Shown here: positions 19,679 to 30,703 of the stretch, in pieces
How positions within the stretch are numbered: position 1 is the first letter of the stretch
How the letters are laid out: each line of letters begins with the position of its first letter
DNA from: Alphaproteobacteria bacterium
Lineage (GTDB): Bacteria; Pseudomonadota; Alphaproteobacteria; RF32; CAG-239
Direction: 5' to 3'
Length of the DNA: 64,000 bases
Assembly: GCA_045659785.1 (NCBI GenBank)
Contig: JAZRCM010000015.1
Coordinates: 6,467-70,466 of the forward strand
The notes under the pieces: generated by a model
The model's database searches: none
What the model was told of the DNA's origin: nothing
Seen by the model: the letters and a program-made list of their open reading frames with translations, nothing else
Translations under genes and position numbers: made by a program

Positions 19679-20344
19679 TTACTCATCCATATAAGTTTTA
19701 TAGTCGGCAATATCCCAATTTATACCGCTTTTAATAATTTTTGCAGGAACGCCGGCAACCAACACATTAGGAATATCAAATTTTTTATTTACCAATGCCA
19801 TCGCACCGACAACCGAATTTTCTGCAATATATGTTCCTTTGAGCAACAAACACCTTACTCCGACCCATACATGGTCTTCAATGATAATGTTATTAGGCTC
19901 ATTCAAAGGATTTCCGTTATATTCGTTTATTAATGTATGTCCGTCTCCACAACGTAAAGTACATTCGGAAGCAATAACACAATCATTACCGATAACAATT
20001 CCAACCCCTGCTTTTTCTTTTGCCATCATTGATACATTAGGATTAATATAACAGTTACGGCCGATTTCAATAGAACAACCATCAGAAATATAAAAAAAGG
20101 CTCTCTTTATTCTGGTTTTATTATAAGTAGAAAGGATTGAATAATAATTGTTATCACCGACAACCACAAGTTTACAATCTTCAAAATAACGTGGTAATTC
20201 AATACGAATTAAATTATTATTTCCGTTTATGGTAATAGATAAACCGGGAATACCCTGGGGTCCCAAAATACGCTCCATACCGTCTTCAATAATAACTATT
20301 TTATTGTTTGCACCCCAAACTTTTATATATCCGGTACCACGCAT
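19679..20344 (-). CDS. Hexapeptide-repeat (LbH) acyltransferase
   Basis: IEIGRNCYI, IVIGNDCVIA, IIIEDHVWVG, VAGVPAKIIK; GGAGG SD before ATG 20344. Confidence 0.88.
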   Translation of the reverse strand: MRGTGYIKVWGANNKIVIIEDGMERILGPQGIPGLSITINGNNNLIRIELPRYFEDCKLVVVGDNNYYSILSTYNKTRIKRAFFYISDGCSIEIGRNCYINPNVSMMAKEKAGVGIVIGNDCVIASECTLRCGDGHTLINEYNGNPLNEPNNIIIEDHVWVGVRCLLLKGTYIAENSVVGAMALVNKKFDIPNVLVAGVPAKIIKSGINWDIADYKTYMDE

Positions 20345-20468
20345 TTTACACCTCCGTTTATAATCTGTCATAAGGTTAGCAACTTTAATAATTAAAGTCA
20401 ATTTAATCCGCATAAAAAAATCCCTGTTTGACAATCTTCAAACAGGGATAATTTAAATAGACATCTGA

Positions 20469-21593
20469 CTACTTCAGATTGTCAGGATTTAAGCCTTTCA
20501 GTTCGGGAAGAACGAAAAGACCGTCTTTACGAACGAGAACATCGTCAAACCAAATCTCACCGCCACCATACTCAGGAGTTTGAATCTGTATCAAATCCCA
20601 ATGAATTGATGACTTGTTACCGTTGTGTGAGGTTTCGATAGAGTTACCTAATGCCATGTGGAAAGAGCCGGCAATCTTTTCATCGAAAAGATTCTCGCAA
20701 ATCTCACGAGTGATGAACGGATTGACACCAAACGCAAACTCACCGAAATAGCAAGAGCCTCTGTCTGTCTTAATCACCGCACGCAGCTTCTCATTGTCTC
20801 CAACCTCGGCCTCGGCGTGAACAACCTTACCTTTCTCAATTTTAAGGGTAATGTTTTTGAACACATCACCGTTAATATGAGTTTCGGTATTAAACCTTAC
20901 AACACCGTTAACCGAATCCTTTACCGGTGAAGTAAATACTTCGCCGTCAGGCAAGTTACGAATACCTCTGGACAATGTTACCGGAATTCCCTTAATAGAG
21001 AAAGTGAGCTCCGTACCCGGGGCAACAATCGTAACCTTGTCGGTAGTCTTCATCAGCTCTGCCAACGGAATCATACGCTTTGCCATCTTGTCATAATCAA
21101 CAAGGCAAGATGAGAAATAAAAATCTTCCATCTCCTTGGTTGACATCTTTGCCAAAGCAGCACTCACGTTAGTAGGCCAACGCATCACACACCAGCGCTT
21201 TTTAACACGAATGTCAAAATGCACAGGTTTCATAAAACAGCGGTTATACAACGCCTGCTCCTCAGGGGTGAGAACACTTGCATTGTAAGGATTACTATAT
21301 CCTCTGATAACCAGATAAGCATCCATCTGCTCCATAATCTGAGCATGCAATTGTCCCAAACCCGCAACCTGCTCTTCCGTAGCACCTTGCGTCAAAGCAA
21401 TGTGATGAGCGGTGTCATTGAAAAAATAAAACGGTATTGCACCGAGCTTTATCGTTTCTTTGATACACTCTTCCATAACAGGAAGCGTTTGTTCTCCCTC
21501 AAATTCAAGGTAAATTTTTTCACCTTCGCGTAACCCGATTGAATCTCTCAACACTTTACGCACAAGTTCTGTAACTCGAGAATCTCTGTTCAT
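20469..21593 (-). CDS. Aminopeptidase, M29 (AmpS/PepS) family
   Basis: NLPDGEVFTSP, GEFAFGVN, LFDEKIAGSFHMALG, SSIHWD. Confidence 0.92.
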   Translation of the reverse strand: MNRDSRVTELVRKVLRDSIGLREGEKIYLEFEGEQTLPVMEECIKETIKLGAIPFYFFNDTAHHIALTQGATEEQVAGLGQLHAQIMEQMDAYLVIRGYSNPYNASVLTPEEQALYNRCFMKPVHFDIRVKKRWCVMRWPTNVSAALAKMSTKEMEDFYFSSCLVDYDKMAKRMIPLAELMKTTDKVTIVAPGTELTFSIKGIPVTLSRGIRNLPDGEVFTSPVKDSVNGVVRFNTETHINGDVFKNITLKIEKGKVVHAEAEVGDNEKLRAVIKTDRGSCYFGEFAFGVNPFITREICENLFDEKIAGSFHMALGNSIETSHNGNKSSIHWDLIQIQTPEYGGGEIWFDDVLVRKDGLFVLPELKGLNPDNLK

Positions 21594-21679
21594 AGCTAAA
21601 TATATTTAGTAACACATAATTTATGAAATAATTTTTGATTAGACTAAAAAGATAACATACCTGCATTTTTTTGTCAAGT

Positions 21680-22663
21680 TCACATTTCCATACCGCCACG
21701 TCTGCTCATAATCGGCATAGTTACCTTTGTTTGTGAAGAATTTTCGGTTTGAATTGTTTCTGCAGCTTCCTTCATTTGCGGAATATAGTGATGGTCCTTT
21801 ATGATATCGGCAGTCATTTTCGGAAAATCGCATACAAAACCGATACCGGAACTATGTAGATGCCCCTTTTTCATATCATTATCAAAGGCCATAAAACAAT
21901 GCCCTTTTTCATCTTTGCCGACATACATCATCAAATGACAATGCCCGTCATCTAATGAAGGATTGTCTTTATCTCCCATAGTCAAGCAAACAAGAGCTCC
22001 CGGTTTCATTTGATGTTTATCGATTATGTCTCTAACATCAACCGCACCTTCATCAAAACTGCGATGAATATGTTCCGCATATTTCCCGCCGTTCATTGTT
22101 TGCAGATGCTTAAAAAGTGTTCCCGGATGTGCAAGTTTTTCGGTATCGGTATTAAAAATAGCATCAAGCTCTCCGCTTTTATCACTCTCACGCAAACACA
22201 TCATCAACGATGCCGTGCAATAACCTTTATTAAGCGAGGCGTCAAAATTAGGATTAAAACGAGAATTAATTTTCAAAGCCGCCATTTGCCAATACAAATA
22301 TTGTCTGGCACTATGGTCAATATTTCTTTCCTTTATTTCCTCAAAAGAAATATCTTTACCCTCTCTTTCTTTATATCTGACTATATCACCTTCTGCTATC
22401 TCATCTATTTTAGCTATTTTTTCTTCGTCGGTCATACCGGCAAATCCGAAACGATTCATACCTAACAATGCTTTTTGTAATTTTTCTTCCGATGACATAT
22501 TATCTACATACGCATCAACCTTTCCCTTTTCGGCACACCACTCATCATGAAATTTATCTGTTCTCTCGATAAATTTACGGATTTTTCTGCCGGCAGGAGT
22601 ATTCGGAAGCTCATCTAATACGGCTTCTAAATTATATTCGGTAATGTCTGCGGTTTCAACCAT
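21680..22663 (-). CDS. Orphan protein with possible NlpC/P60-like Cys-His peptidase domain
   Basis: GYCTASL, MKPGALVCL, HCHLMMYVG; tail MSRRGGMEM; start at MVETAD. Confidence 0.65.
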   Translation of the reverse strand: MVETADITEYNLEAVLDELPNTPAGRKIRKFIERTDKFHDEWCAEKGKVDAYVDNMSSEEKLQKALLGMNRFGFAGMTDEEKIAKIDEIAEGDIVRYKEREGKDISFEEIKERNIDHSARQYLYWQMAALKINSRFNPNFDASLNKGYCTASLMMCLRESDKSGELDAIFNTDTEKLAHPGTLFKHLQTMNGGKYAEHIHRSFDEGAVDVRDIIDKHQMKPGALVCLTMGDKDNPSLDDGHCHLMMYVGKDEKGHCFMAFDNDMKKGHLHSSGIGFVCDFPKMTADIIKDHHYIPQMKEAAETIQTENSSQTKVTMPIMSRRGGMEM

Positions 22664-22805
22664 ATAAATCTTCCCTACAATATTGGAGATATTATAAAAT
22701 ATTTTGCCTATTTTGTCCATAAAAAATCACTTAATTATGTAAAATTTATCTGCCAATATTTAATTTTTATGCTAATATGCTTATATACAGATTCGGAGTA
22801 AAAAT

Positions 22806-23981
22806 ATGACATCAGAAATCTGCCTGCATAATGCGACTTTACTAAACGGTTATTCCACAATGGAAAACTGTGCGGTTTTGATTAAAAACAACAAGATTGC
22901 CGATGTTTTTAACGAAAGCCGTTTCAAGCAAAAAAACTTTAATTCAGATATCAAATTTATCGACTTAAAAGGCGACTATATTGCCCCCGGTTTTATTGAC
23001 ACCCATATTCATGGTCTTGAGGGTTTCGGTACTGACGATATGACAACGGAAGCAATTTTAGAAATGTCAGCTCGTCTTCCGAAATATGGTGTTACATCAT
23101 TTATCCCTACTCTATATTCCGCGCCTAAAGGCAAACTATTCAAAAGTATGATTAGCATTTTGGCCGCAATGGGAAAAGAAAAAGGTGCAAAAATTTTAGG
23201 CATGCACTTAGAAGGGCCGTTTATATCTCCGGAGCGTCTCGGTGTTCAAACTTTAGAATCCATCAGCGAAGTTGATTTGGAATATATGCGTGAGATTATT
23301 GCTCTCGGACAGGGAAATATTGTTAATATGACCGTTGCTCCCGAATTGAAAAATATGCGAGAACTCGCCCTGCTCTGTATTGACCAAGGGATTATATTGC
23401 AAGCCGGACATACGAATGCAACCTATCAGCAAATGGTTGAAGGAATGCAGGCTCGCATTATGCACGTAACTCACCTGTTTAATGCAATGAGCCGTATTCA
23501 TCACCGTGACCCCGGAGTTGTCGGTGCCGTATTTATTCACCCCGAACTTTCTTGCGAAATCATTGCCGATGGTTTTCACATCAATCCGGAAATTATAAAA
23601 TTCTTAATCCGTTGCAAACCGGTTGACAAACTGGTTCTTGTTACCGATGCTCTAAAACCGACCAAGCAAAAAGCTTCTCGCTTATATGCAAACGGCGAAG
23701 AAGTTTATCTCGACAAATGCTTTATGCGTAAAGAAGATGATGTGATTGCCGGCTCTGCTCTGACAATGATTGACGGGGTAAAAAATTTGGTTTCATGGGG
23801 ATTAAATGTTGAAAAAGCCGTTCAGTTGGCTTCGCATAATCCTGCTAATATCATGAAACAGGACAATTTGGGGACTATTGCCCCCGGATATACTGCCGAT
23901 ATGGTAGTATTTGATAAAAAATTTAAAGTTAAACAAACCATAATCAATGGTAACATTTTTGAAAAAGGAATATGTAAATGA
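22806..23981 (+). CDS. nagA: N-acetylglucosamine-6-phosphate deacetylase
   Basis: [38 protein letters not shown]. Confidence 0.95.
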   Translation: MTSEICLHNATLLNGYSTMENCAVLIKNNKIADVFNESRFKQKNFNSDIKFIDLKGDYIAPGFIDTHIHGLEGFGTDDMTTEAILEMSARLPKYGVTSFIPTLYSAPKGKLFKSMISILAAMGKEKGAKILGMHLEGPFISPERLGVQTLESISEVDLEYMREIIALGQGNIVNMTVAPELKNMRELALLCIDQGIILQAGHTNATYQQMVEGMQARIMHVTHLFNAMSRIHHRDPGVVGAVFIHPELSCEIIADGFHINPEIIKFLIRCKPVDKLVLVTDALKPTKQKASRLYANGEEVYLDKCFMRKEDDVIAGSALTMIDGVKNLVSWGLNVEKAVQLASHNPANIMKQDNLGTIAPGYTADMVVFDKKFKVKQTIINGNIFEKGICK

Positions 23982-24760
23982 GACTTATAATCAAAGATAA
24001 TTATGATAATGCTTCACTTTGGGTTGCAAAATATATTGCTAAAAAAATCAACGACTTTGCACCTACTCCCGACAAACCTTTCGTATTAGGACTTCCTACC
24101 GGCTCAACTCCGTTAGGTGTATATAAAGAACTGATAGAAATGTATAAAAACGGAGAAGTTTCTTTTTCAAATGTTGTAACTTTTAATATGGACGAATATG
24201 TAGGCTTGTCTCCTGAACATCCGCAAAGCTATCACTATTTTATGTGGGACAACTTCTTCAACCATATCGACATCAAAAAAGAAAACACTCACATTTTGAA
24301 CGGATTAGCAGAAAACATTGAAGAAGAATGTGAAAACTACGAAAACGCAATCAAAGAAATCGGCGGTATTCATTTGTTTTTAGGCGGTATCGGCGAAGAC
24401 GGTCATATTGCGTTTAACGAACCGTTTTCTTCCCTTTCTTCTCGCACACGTCAAAAAACATTGACTACTGATACCATAAAAGTAAATTCTCGCTTTTTTG
24501 ACAATGATATTTCTCAAGTTCCGACTACTGCGTTGACCGTCGGTGTTGCTACAATTATGGATGCAAAAGAAGTTATCATTATGGCAACCGGTGCCAAAAA
24601 AGCTCACGCAGTTTATATGGGAGTTGAACAACCTATGAGCCATAAATGGACTATCAGTGCACTTCAGGCACATCGCCACGGAATTATTGTTTGTGACGAA
24701 CCTGCAACAGCAGAACTCGAATCAGAAACCGTAAAATATTTCAAAGATATCGAAAAATAA
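23978..24760 (+). CDS. nagB: Glucosamine-6-phosphate deaminase
   Basis: [32 protein letters not shown]. Confidence 0.96.
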   Translation: MRLIIKDNYDNASLWVAKYIAKKINDFAPTPDKPFVLGLPTGSTPLGVYKELIEMYKNGEVSFSNVVTFNMDEYVGLSPEHPQSYHYFMWDNFFNHIDIKKENTHILNGLAENIEEECENYENAIKEIGGIHLFLGGIGEDGHIAFNEPFSSLSSRTRQKTLTTDTIKVNSRFFDNDISQVPTTALTVGVATIMDAKEVIIMATGAKKAHAVYMGVEQPMSHKWTISALQAHRHGIIVCDEPATAELESETVKYFKDIEK

Positions 24761-24889
24761 CAATATCTTTTCAAACTCAAAATACCCTGAAAATCAACCT
24801 CATTTTCGGGGTATTTTTTGTTATAAATCATTTACAGTCGTATGTTATTATGTATAATATTTTCATATTTTACTTTTTGGAGAAACTCT

Positions 24890-26134
24890 ATGAAAAAACT
24901 GCCTCTAATCTGCCTGTCTTTTGCATTACTGGCTACTAATACTACTGCAAATGAAATTGAATACACCAATGAAAATACCATCCCCTGCGGAGAATTAGGA
25001 GTGTTATTATGTGACCTAAACAATAACCCTGTAACCGGCATCAAAAAAAGTTATTACCAAGATGGTAATATAGAGCAAGAAATAAATTTAAAAAACGGAA
25101 AACGTGAAGGATTATTTAAGACATATTACCCAAACGGACAACTGGAAAAAGAAGCAAATTTTAAGGATGATAAAGAAGAAAGCACTTATAAAACATATTA
25201 TTCCAATGGTAATTTAAAGAGTGATATAAATTACACAAACGGAGAAATAGATGGTGTTGCCAAATACTATTATGATAATGGCATTTTAGAAAAAGAAATA
25301 AATTTCAAGAACGGAAAACCGGAAGGTATTTCTAAAACATATTATTCCAATGGTAATTTAAAAGGTGAAGAAAATTATAAAAACGGAGAAATAGATGGTA
25401 TTGCCAAATACTATTATGATAATAACATTTTAGAAAAAGAAATAATTTTCCAAAACGGAAAACCGGAAGGTGTTTCCAAAGCATACCATAAAAACACTAA
25501 TTTAAAGAGCGAAGAAAATTATAAAGACGGAAAACTGGAAGGTTTAGCTAAATTCTACTATGAAAGCGGAAAATTAAATGGTGAATTACACTTTAAAAAC
25601 GGTAATTTGGAAGGTACATCAAAAACATACTTCGAAAACGGCAGTTTAGAAGATGAATCTTCTTTCAAAAATACTAAAGCTGATGGAATTGCCAAAAAAT
25701 ATTATGAAAATGGTAACTTAAAAGCTGAAAGATTTTTCAAAGAAGGAAAACTTGAAGGTATAGGCAAACTTTATTATGAAAATGGCAAATTAAAAGGGAA
25801 AATAAATTACAAAGACGGAAAAGCCGAAGGTATTTATAAAACATATCATAAAAATGGTAATCTGGAAGGAGAAGAAAATTATAAAAATGGAAAACTTAAT
25901 GGCTTATCTAAATTTTACTACGAAAACGGAAATTTAAAAGGCGAAATGAACTTCAAAAACGGAGAATTAGAAGGTAATAGCATTAAATACTATATAAATG
26001 GAAACTTACAGTATGAAATAGATTTCAAAAACGGAGAAGCCATTTCAGGTTATATGTATAATATTGATGGCAAAAAGACAAAAATGACTAATGCACACCT
26101 TCATAATTATATAAATAAATATCGCTCAAACTAA
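24890..26134 (+). CDS. Secreted MORN-variant repeat protein (YwqK-like)
   Basis: Signal peptide MKKLPLICLSFALLATNTTA; many YYENGNLKxExxxKNGKxEG repeats. Confidence 0.85.
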   Translation: MKKLPLICLSFALLATNTTANEIEYTNENTIPCGELGVLLCDLNNNPVTGIKKSYYQDGNIEQEINLKNGKREGLFKTYYPNGQLEKEANFKDDKEESTYKTYYSNGNLKSDINYTNGEIDGVAKYYYDNGILEKEINFKNGKPEGISKTYYSNGNLKGEENYKNGEIDGIAKYYYDNNILEKEIIFQNGKPEGVSKAYHKNTNLKSEENYKDGKLEGLAKFYYESGKLNGELHFKNGNLEGTSKTYFENGSLEDESSFKNTKADGIAKKYYENGNLKAERFFKEGKLEGIGKLYYENGKLKGKINYKDGKAEGIYKTYHKNGNLEGEENYKNGKLNGLSKFYYENGNLKGEMNFKNGELEGNSIKYYINGNLQYEIDFKNGEAISGYMYNIDGKKTKMTNAHLHNYINKYRSN

Positions 26135-26163
26135 AAAAAGCCCTCAAACGAGGGCTTTTTTTT
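26134..26163. terminator. Bidirectional terminator
   Basis: aaaaaagccctc-aaac-gagggctttttt. Confidence 0.75.
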
Positions 26164-26197
26164 ACTCAAATAATATTGAGAAAAAATAAAAAATTAA

Positions 26198-26461
26198 TTA
26201 AATGTGGCGTTCTATAACTTTTAACATATTTTCAATATTGTCCTTCTCAATATTAAAATTTCCCTTTAAGTACTTCAAATATTCATCAACCCCTTTAGGA
26301 ATAATTATTATTTTTCCCGTATTTTTATAAAAAGATTGATATCTCTTTAAAAACACTCTCAAGTATTTTATTTTTCTTAATTTTTCAGGAGATACCTTAT
26401 TTCTGATAGATGGATAAATTATTCTACCATTGGAATAAGCTTTATGAAATAACTTAGCCAT
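26198..26461 (-). CDS. Hypothetical basic protein
   Basis: 87-aa, very AT-rich ORF with a purine-rich leader; no recognisable motif. Confidence 0.45.
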   Translation of the reverse strand: MAKLFHKAYSNGRIIYPSIRNKVSPEKLRKIKYLRVFLKRYQSFYKNTGKIIIIPKGVDEYLKYLKGNFNIEKDNIENMLKVIERHI

Positions 26462-26625
26462 ATCACATCTCTTTAGCTTTCTATATTAAATCAATAATAA
26501 ATCTATATCATATTTTTATTAATAAGTCATATATTTTTTTACTATCTAAACTTTAACAATTTTTATGATAAGCGAAATTATTTAACATAACAAAAAACCC
26601 TGCATTTTCTGCAGGGTTCCTTAAC

Positions 26626-26701
26626 TGGTGGGAGTTGAGAGGTTCGAACTCCCGACCCTCTCGGTGTAAACGAGATGCTCTTCCAGCTGAGCTAAACTCC
26701 C
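26626..26701 (-). tRNA. tRNA-Val(TAC)
   Basis: Reverse complement GGGAGTTTAGCTCAG...CTCGTTTACACCGAG...GTTCGAACC...CCCACCA. Confidence 0.96.
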
Positions 26702-26812
26702 ATTCGTTTGACAAGAAGTGTTATAACCAATAATAAAAAATAAATCAAGCAAAAAATTCAATTTTTTTCATTTTTTTTCATTTTTTTTGAAATATTGTGT
26801 TTTATTAATAAC

Positions 26813-27133
26813 TTAACCAAACATAATATCGGCTATTTTTAGCAAAATAAAGTAATAACACATAAAATAAAAGAACTTTTTCCACCATTTTTGCTTATTG
26901 AATCGCTCCGGCAAATAACCGAAAGTCAAAAATGCGATGGTATAAATTGTAAAAACATCGAGCCATTCGCTCGGATTAGTGATTCTATGCCATATTTCGC
27001 CAAAATCTGCCGTTCCCAATACTTCATACAGCCAACCTCCGGTCAGCCAAGGAACCGTAAACCAACCTACTATAAAAAGAAAAATTTTTTTCTTATCGAA
27101 TTTCTTTGCTGATTCTGTTTTTTGTTCTTCCAC
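26813..27133 (-). CDS. Hypothetical membrane protein (about 3 TM)
   Basis: GTG start after AAAGGAG SD; hydrophobic segments. Confidence 0.7.
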   Translation of the reverse strand: MEEQKTESAKKFDKKKIFLFIVGWFTVPWLTGGWLYEVLGTADFGEIWHRITNPSEWLDVFTIYTIAFLTFGYLPERFNKQKWWKKFFYFMCYYFILLKIADIMFG

Positions 27134-27237
27134 TTTTATCTCCTTTGACTTTCTTATCCTAACACAAATAGTTTCATTGTCAAAAAAAATACCTCCGACT
27201 CATCCGGAGGTATAACAACATTAGAACGGTAAAACTG

Positions 27238-27543
27238 TTACTCTGTGTCTTGCGGTGGCCAAGTAGGAGGATTCCAACCATCCGGCGGTGTGGTATCGTC
27301 CTCAGGTTTGAGAATACATCCGAGAATAACTCCGATAATACCGGCAATCAGATAGCAAAGCAGATCTAACAGATACAGTTCGCGACAAGCAAGTGTTCCG
27401 ATTAACAGAACAGTAAACAACAGACTCTTGATAACTGCGATAGTGTTTTCACCTTTACCAAGACCAAATCTCAGAGGATTGACGATGCCGAAGCAACAAA
27501 AACCAATCCACAGAGAAATCAGAATAAGAAAAATCCATTCCAT
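27238..27543 (-). CDS. Hypothetical membrane protein with Pro-rich tail
   Basis: Three hydrophobic segments, PPDGWNPPTWPP tail; SD-less leader. Confidence 0.7.
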   Translation of the reverse strand: MEWIFLILISLWIGFCCFGIVNPLRFGLGKGENTIAVIKSLLFTVLLIGTLACRELYLLDLLCYLIAGIIGVILGCILKPEDDTTPPDGWNPPTWPPQDTE

Positions 27544-27668
27544 AGTGTAATGATTTAAAGTGAATAATATGGTTCGTTAAAATAAAACTAGCACATATTT
27601 ATTCATAAATCAACAAAAACAAAAAGAGGCGGAATATACCCGCCTCTGATTTTATTACCTGAACAAAA

Positions 27669-27944
27669 TTATTTGTTTACTGCTTCTTGCAAAGCTTTGC
27701 CAGGTTTGAATTTAGCAACTTTACGTGCAGGGATTTTGATAGTATCGCCAGTGCGTGGGTTACGACCGGTTGTAGCAGCACGTTCAGAAACACCAAATGT
27801 ACCAAAACCAACCAAACGAACTTCTTCGCCAGCTTTCAAAGATTTTGCTACAGCAGCAATGAAAGCGTCCAAAGCTTTAGCAGAATCAGTTTTTGTTAAA
27901 CCTGTTGCATTAGCAATGCTAGAAATGAGTTCATTTTTATTCAT
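27669..27944 (-). CDS. hup: DNA-binding protein HU
   Basis: [30 protein letters not shown]. Confidence 0.97.
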   Translation of the reverse strand: MNKNELISSIANATGLTKTDSAKALDAFIAAVAKSLKAGEEVRLVGFGTFGVSERAATTGRNPRTGDTIKIPARKVAKFKPGKALQEAVNK

Positions 27945-28196
27945 GAAAGGGACTCCCTATATAAAAGTTAAATTACTAAGGCGAGAGAACAACCTCGCTA
28001 CAATCAAAATTTAAGAACGTTTTTTACCATTAGTCAAATAAAATCCGCGGTTTCCAACACTTTTTTTTCATTTTAATCCCTAAAATAACAAAAAAATTCG
28101 GTTATCAACAGTTTTGTATATAAAAATATCCGTTTTTATTTTCAAACTCTTGATTCGTATATGTTGTAGCGATTCTTAAATTTCCGTTTCATACAA

Positions 28197-28230
28197 TAAA
28201 AAACGGCAGATTCTACATCTGCCGTTTTTT
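28197..28230 (-). terminator. lon terminator
   Basis: aaaaaacggcagat-tctac-atctgccgttttt. Confidence 0.75.
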
Positions 28231-28236
28231 ATTATC

Positions 28237-30567
28237 TTATTTTTTCAAATTACATTCCTTATGAAGGGCAATTTCTAAAACCTGCCCTACTTCAGAAACA
28301 GGAATAATCTTCAGACCTTTCTTCACATTATCGGGAATTTCAACCAAATCTTTTTCGTTTTCCTTTGGTATAATAACGGTTTTTATACCGCCACGTAAAG
28401 CAGATAAAAGCTTTTCTTTCAGCCCTCCGATTGGCAACACCCTACCCTGCAATGTGATTTCTCCGGTCATAGCAACATCTTTGCGAACCGGTGTCTTAGT
28501 GAGCACGGATACCAAAGTGGTGTACATTGCAATACCTGCTGACGGACCATCTTTGGGAGTAGCACCCTCAGGAACGTGAATATGGATATCTGTTTTTTCA
28601 AAAACATCATCAGCAATACCCAACTGTGAAGCATGTGCTCTAACCACAGAATATGCGGTATCAATAGATTCTTTCATAACTTCACCGAGCTTACCTGTTT
28701 GCATAACCTTACCTTTACCCGGCATATCAACAGCTTCAATAAACAAAATATCTCCGCCGACCTCGGTCCATGCCAAACCGGTTGTAACGCCTATATGGTC
28801 TTCTTGTTCCGCTTCTCCAAAACTGAATTTGCGAACTCCGAGATAGTCGTTCAAGTTTTTAGCAGTTACCTTAATCGGTAATTTTGCTTTTTTACTATCC
28901 ATCAAGAGCGATTTGATAGCCTTGCGAGCAATATTGGAAATTTCTCTCTCCAAATTACGAACACCGGCTTCTCGCGTATAATAGCGAACGATGTCACGAA
29001 TTGCCTCATCTGTAATAAACAATTCTTCCGGTTTTACGGCATTTTCTTTAAAAATTTTCGGCATAAGATGACGTTTGGCAATTTGAATTTTTTCATCCTC
29101 CGTATATCCGGACAAACGAATAATTTCCATTCTGTCGAGCAACGGACGAGGCATATCAAGACTGTTTGCCGTTGTCACAAACATCACGTCGGACAAATCA
29201 TAATCAACTTCCAAATAGTGATCTTGGAACGAATTATTTTGTTCGGGATCTAAAACTTCTAACAATGCCGAACTGGGATCTCCACGCCAATCACTACCCA
29301 GCTTATCTATTTCATCTAACAAAAACAGAGGATTAGATGTACCGGCTTTCTTCATCCCTTTAATAATTTTACCCGGCATTGAACCGATATATGTTCTGCG
29401 ATGTCCTCTGATTTCGGCTTCATCTTTCATACCGCCCAAAGATGCACGAACAAAACTGCGCCCGGTTGCTCGGGCAATAGATTGACCTAAAGAAGTTTTA
29501 CCTACTCCCGGAGGTCCGTATAAGCACAAAATCGGTCCTTTGACTTTATCCGCACGAGATTGAACCGCCAAATATTCTAAAATTCGGTCTTTAACTTTAT
29601 CCAAACCGTAGTGGTCTTCTTCTAAAACCTCTAAAGCCTTGTTCATATCTTTATTAACTTTAGAATTTTTCTTCCATGGAATATCGAGCATCCAATCCAA
29701 ATAGTTGCGAACAACCGTTGCTTCTGCCGACATATTACTCATACTTTTGAGTTTTTTAACCTCAGATAAAGCTTTTTCTTTTGCTTCTTTAGAGAGCTTT
29801 GTCTTATGAATTTTATTCATATAAGCTTCGATTTCATTTTCTTCTTCGCCATCACCGAGTTCTTTTTGAATAGCTCTCATTTGCTCATTCAAATAATATT
29901 CCTTTTGGCTTTTCTCCATCTGTTTTTTAACTCGAGTTTTAATTTTATTTTCAACTTCGAGCATGGTTATTTCAGAATCCATCAATTCCAAAAGCTTATG
30001 AAAACGAGCTTTCAGTGTTTTACACTCAAGTAATGCTTGTTTATCTTCTATCTTAAGAGATAAGTGTGAAGCAATAGTATCTGCAAGCTTATTCAAATCT
30101 TCAATTTGTGTAACAGACATCAACACTTCAGGTGGTGTTTTTTTAGACAATTTTACATATTCTTCAAACTGTGATAAAACGGCTCGTGACATTGCTTCTT
30201 CTTCAATGTCATGTTCTTCTTCATCAAGCAGACGAGTAACCTCTACCACCATAAAACCGTCATTAGGAACAAAGGCGTCTAAAGAAACTCTGTCTGTTCC
30301 CTCAACCAAAACTTTTACTGTTCCGTCCGGAAGTTTAACCAACTGAACAATTGTTCCGATTGTGCCGACCTTAAAGATTTCACTTTCTTTCGGATCTTCA
30401 ATAGCTGCATCTTTCTGCGTAGCCAAAACTATGCACTGATCAGTATCAACAGCGGCCTGAAGAGCTTTTATTGATTTTTCTCGTCCGACAAACAGCGGAA
30501 CAATCATTTTCGGGTAAACCACTATATCACGAAGTGGCAATAAGGGAAAAGTTTCTTTATTATCCAT
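28237..30567 (-). CDS. lon: Endopeptidase La (Lon)
   Basis: PLLPLRD, GPPGVGKTS, LLDEIDK, PKDGPSAG catalytic Ser, GGLKEK. Confidence 0.98.
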   Translation of the reverse strand: MDNKETFPLLPLRDIVVYPKMIVPLFVGREKSIKALQAAVDTDQCIVLATQKDAAIEDPKESEIFKVGTIGTIVQLVKLPDGTVKVLVEGTDRVSLDAFVPNDGFMVVEVTRLLDEEEHDIEEEAMSRAVLSQFEEYVKLSKKTPPEVLMSVTQIEDLNKLADTIASHLSLKIEDKQALLECKTLKARFHKLLELMDSEITMLEVENKIKTRVKKQMEKSQKEYYLNEQMRAIQKELGDGEEENEIEAYMNKIHKTKLSKEAKEKALSEVKKLKSMSNMSAEATVVRNYLDWMLDIPWKKNSKVNKDMNKALEVLEEDHYGLDKVKDRILEYLAVQSRADKVKGPILCLYGPPGVGKTSLGQSIARATGRSFVRASLGGMKDEAEIRGHRRTYIGSMPGKIIKGMKKAGTSNPLFLLDEIDKLGSDWRGDPSSALLEVLDPEQNNSFQDHYLEVDYDLSDVMFVTTANSLDMPRPLLDRMEIIRLSGYTEDEKIQIAKRHLMPKIFKENAVKPEELFITDEAIRDIVRYYTREAGVRNLEREISNIARKAIKSLLMDSKKAKLPIKVTAKNLNDYLGVRKFSFGEAEQEDHIGVTTGLAWTEVGGDILFIEAVDMPGKGKVMQTGKLGEVMKESIDTAYSVVRAHASQLGIADDVFEKTDIHIHVPEGATPKDGPSAGIAMYTTLVSVLTKTPVRKDVAMTGEITLQGRVLPIGGLKEKLLSALRGGIKTVIIPKENEKDLVEIPDNVKKGLKIIPVSEVGQVLEIALHKECNLKK

Positions 30568-30703
30568 TACTCAAACGTCCTTTGTATATGTTATTTCTAA
30601 TATATAGGTATTAATATTTAAACTGCAACCCTTTGAAGCATTTTATCAGCTAAATTTTTTGATATAAAAAAATATCGCGAATTTTCAGCGATATTTTTCA
30701 TTT

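Noticed and set aside
26198-26461. Faint resemblance of KAYSNGRIIYP to the topoisomerase IA active-site motif
   Set aside because: Match is too short and lacks the conserved TYxRTDS context
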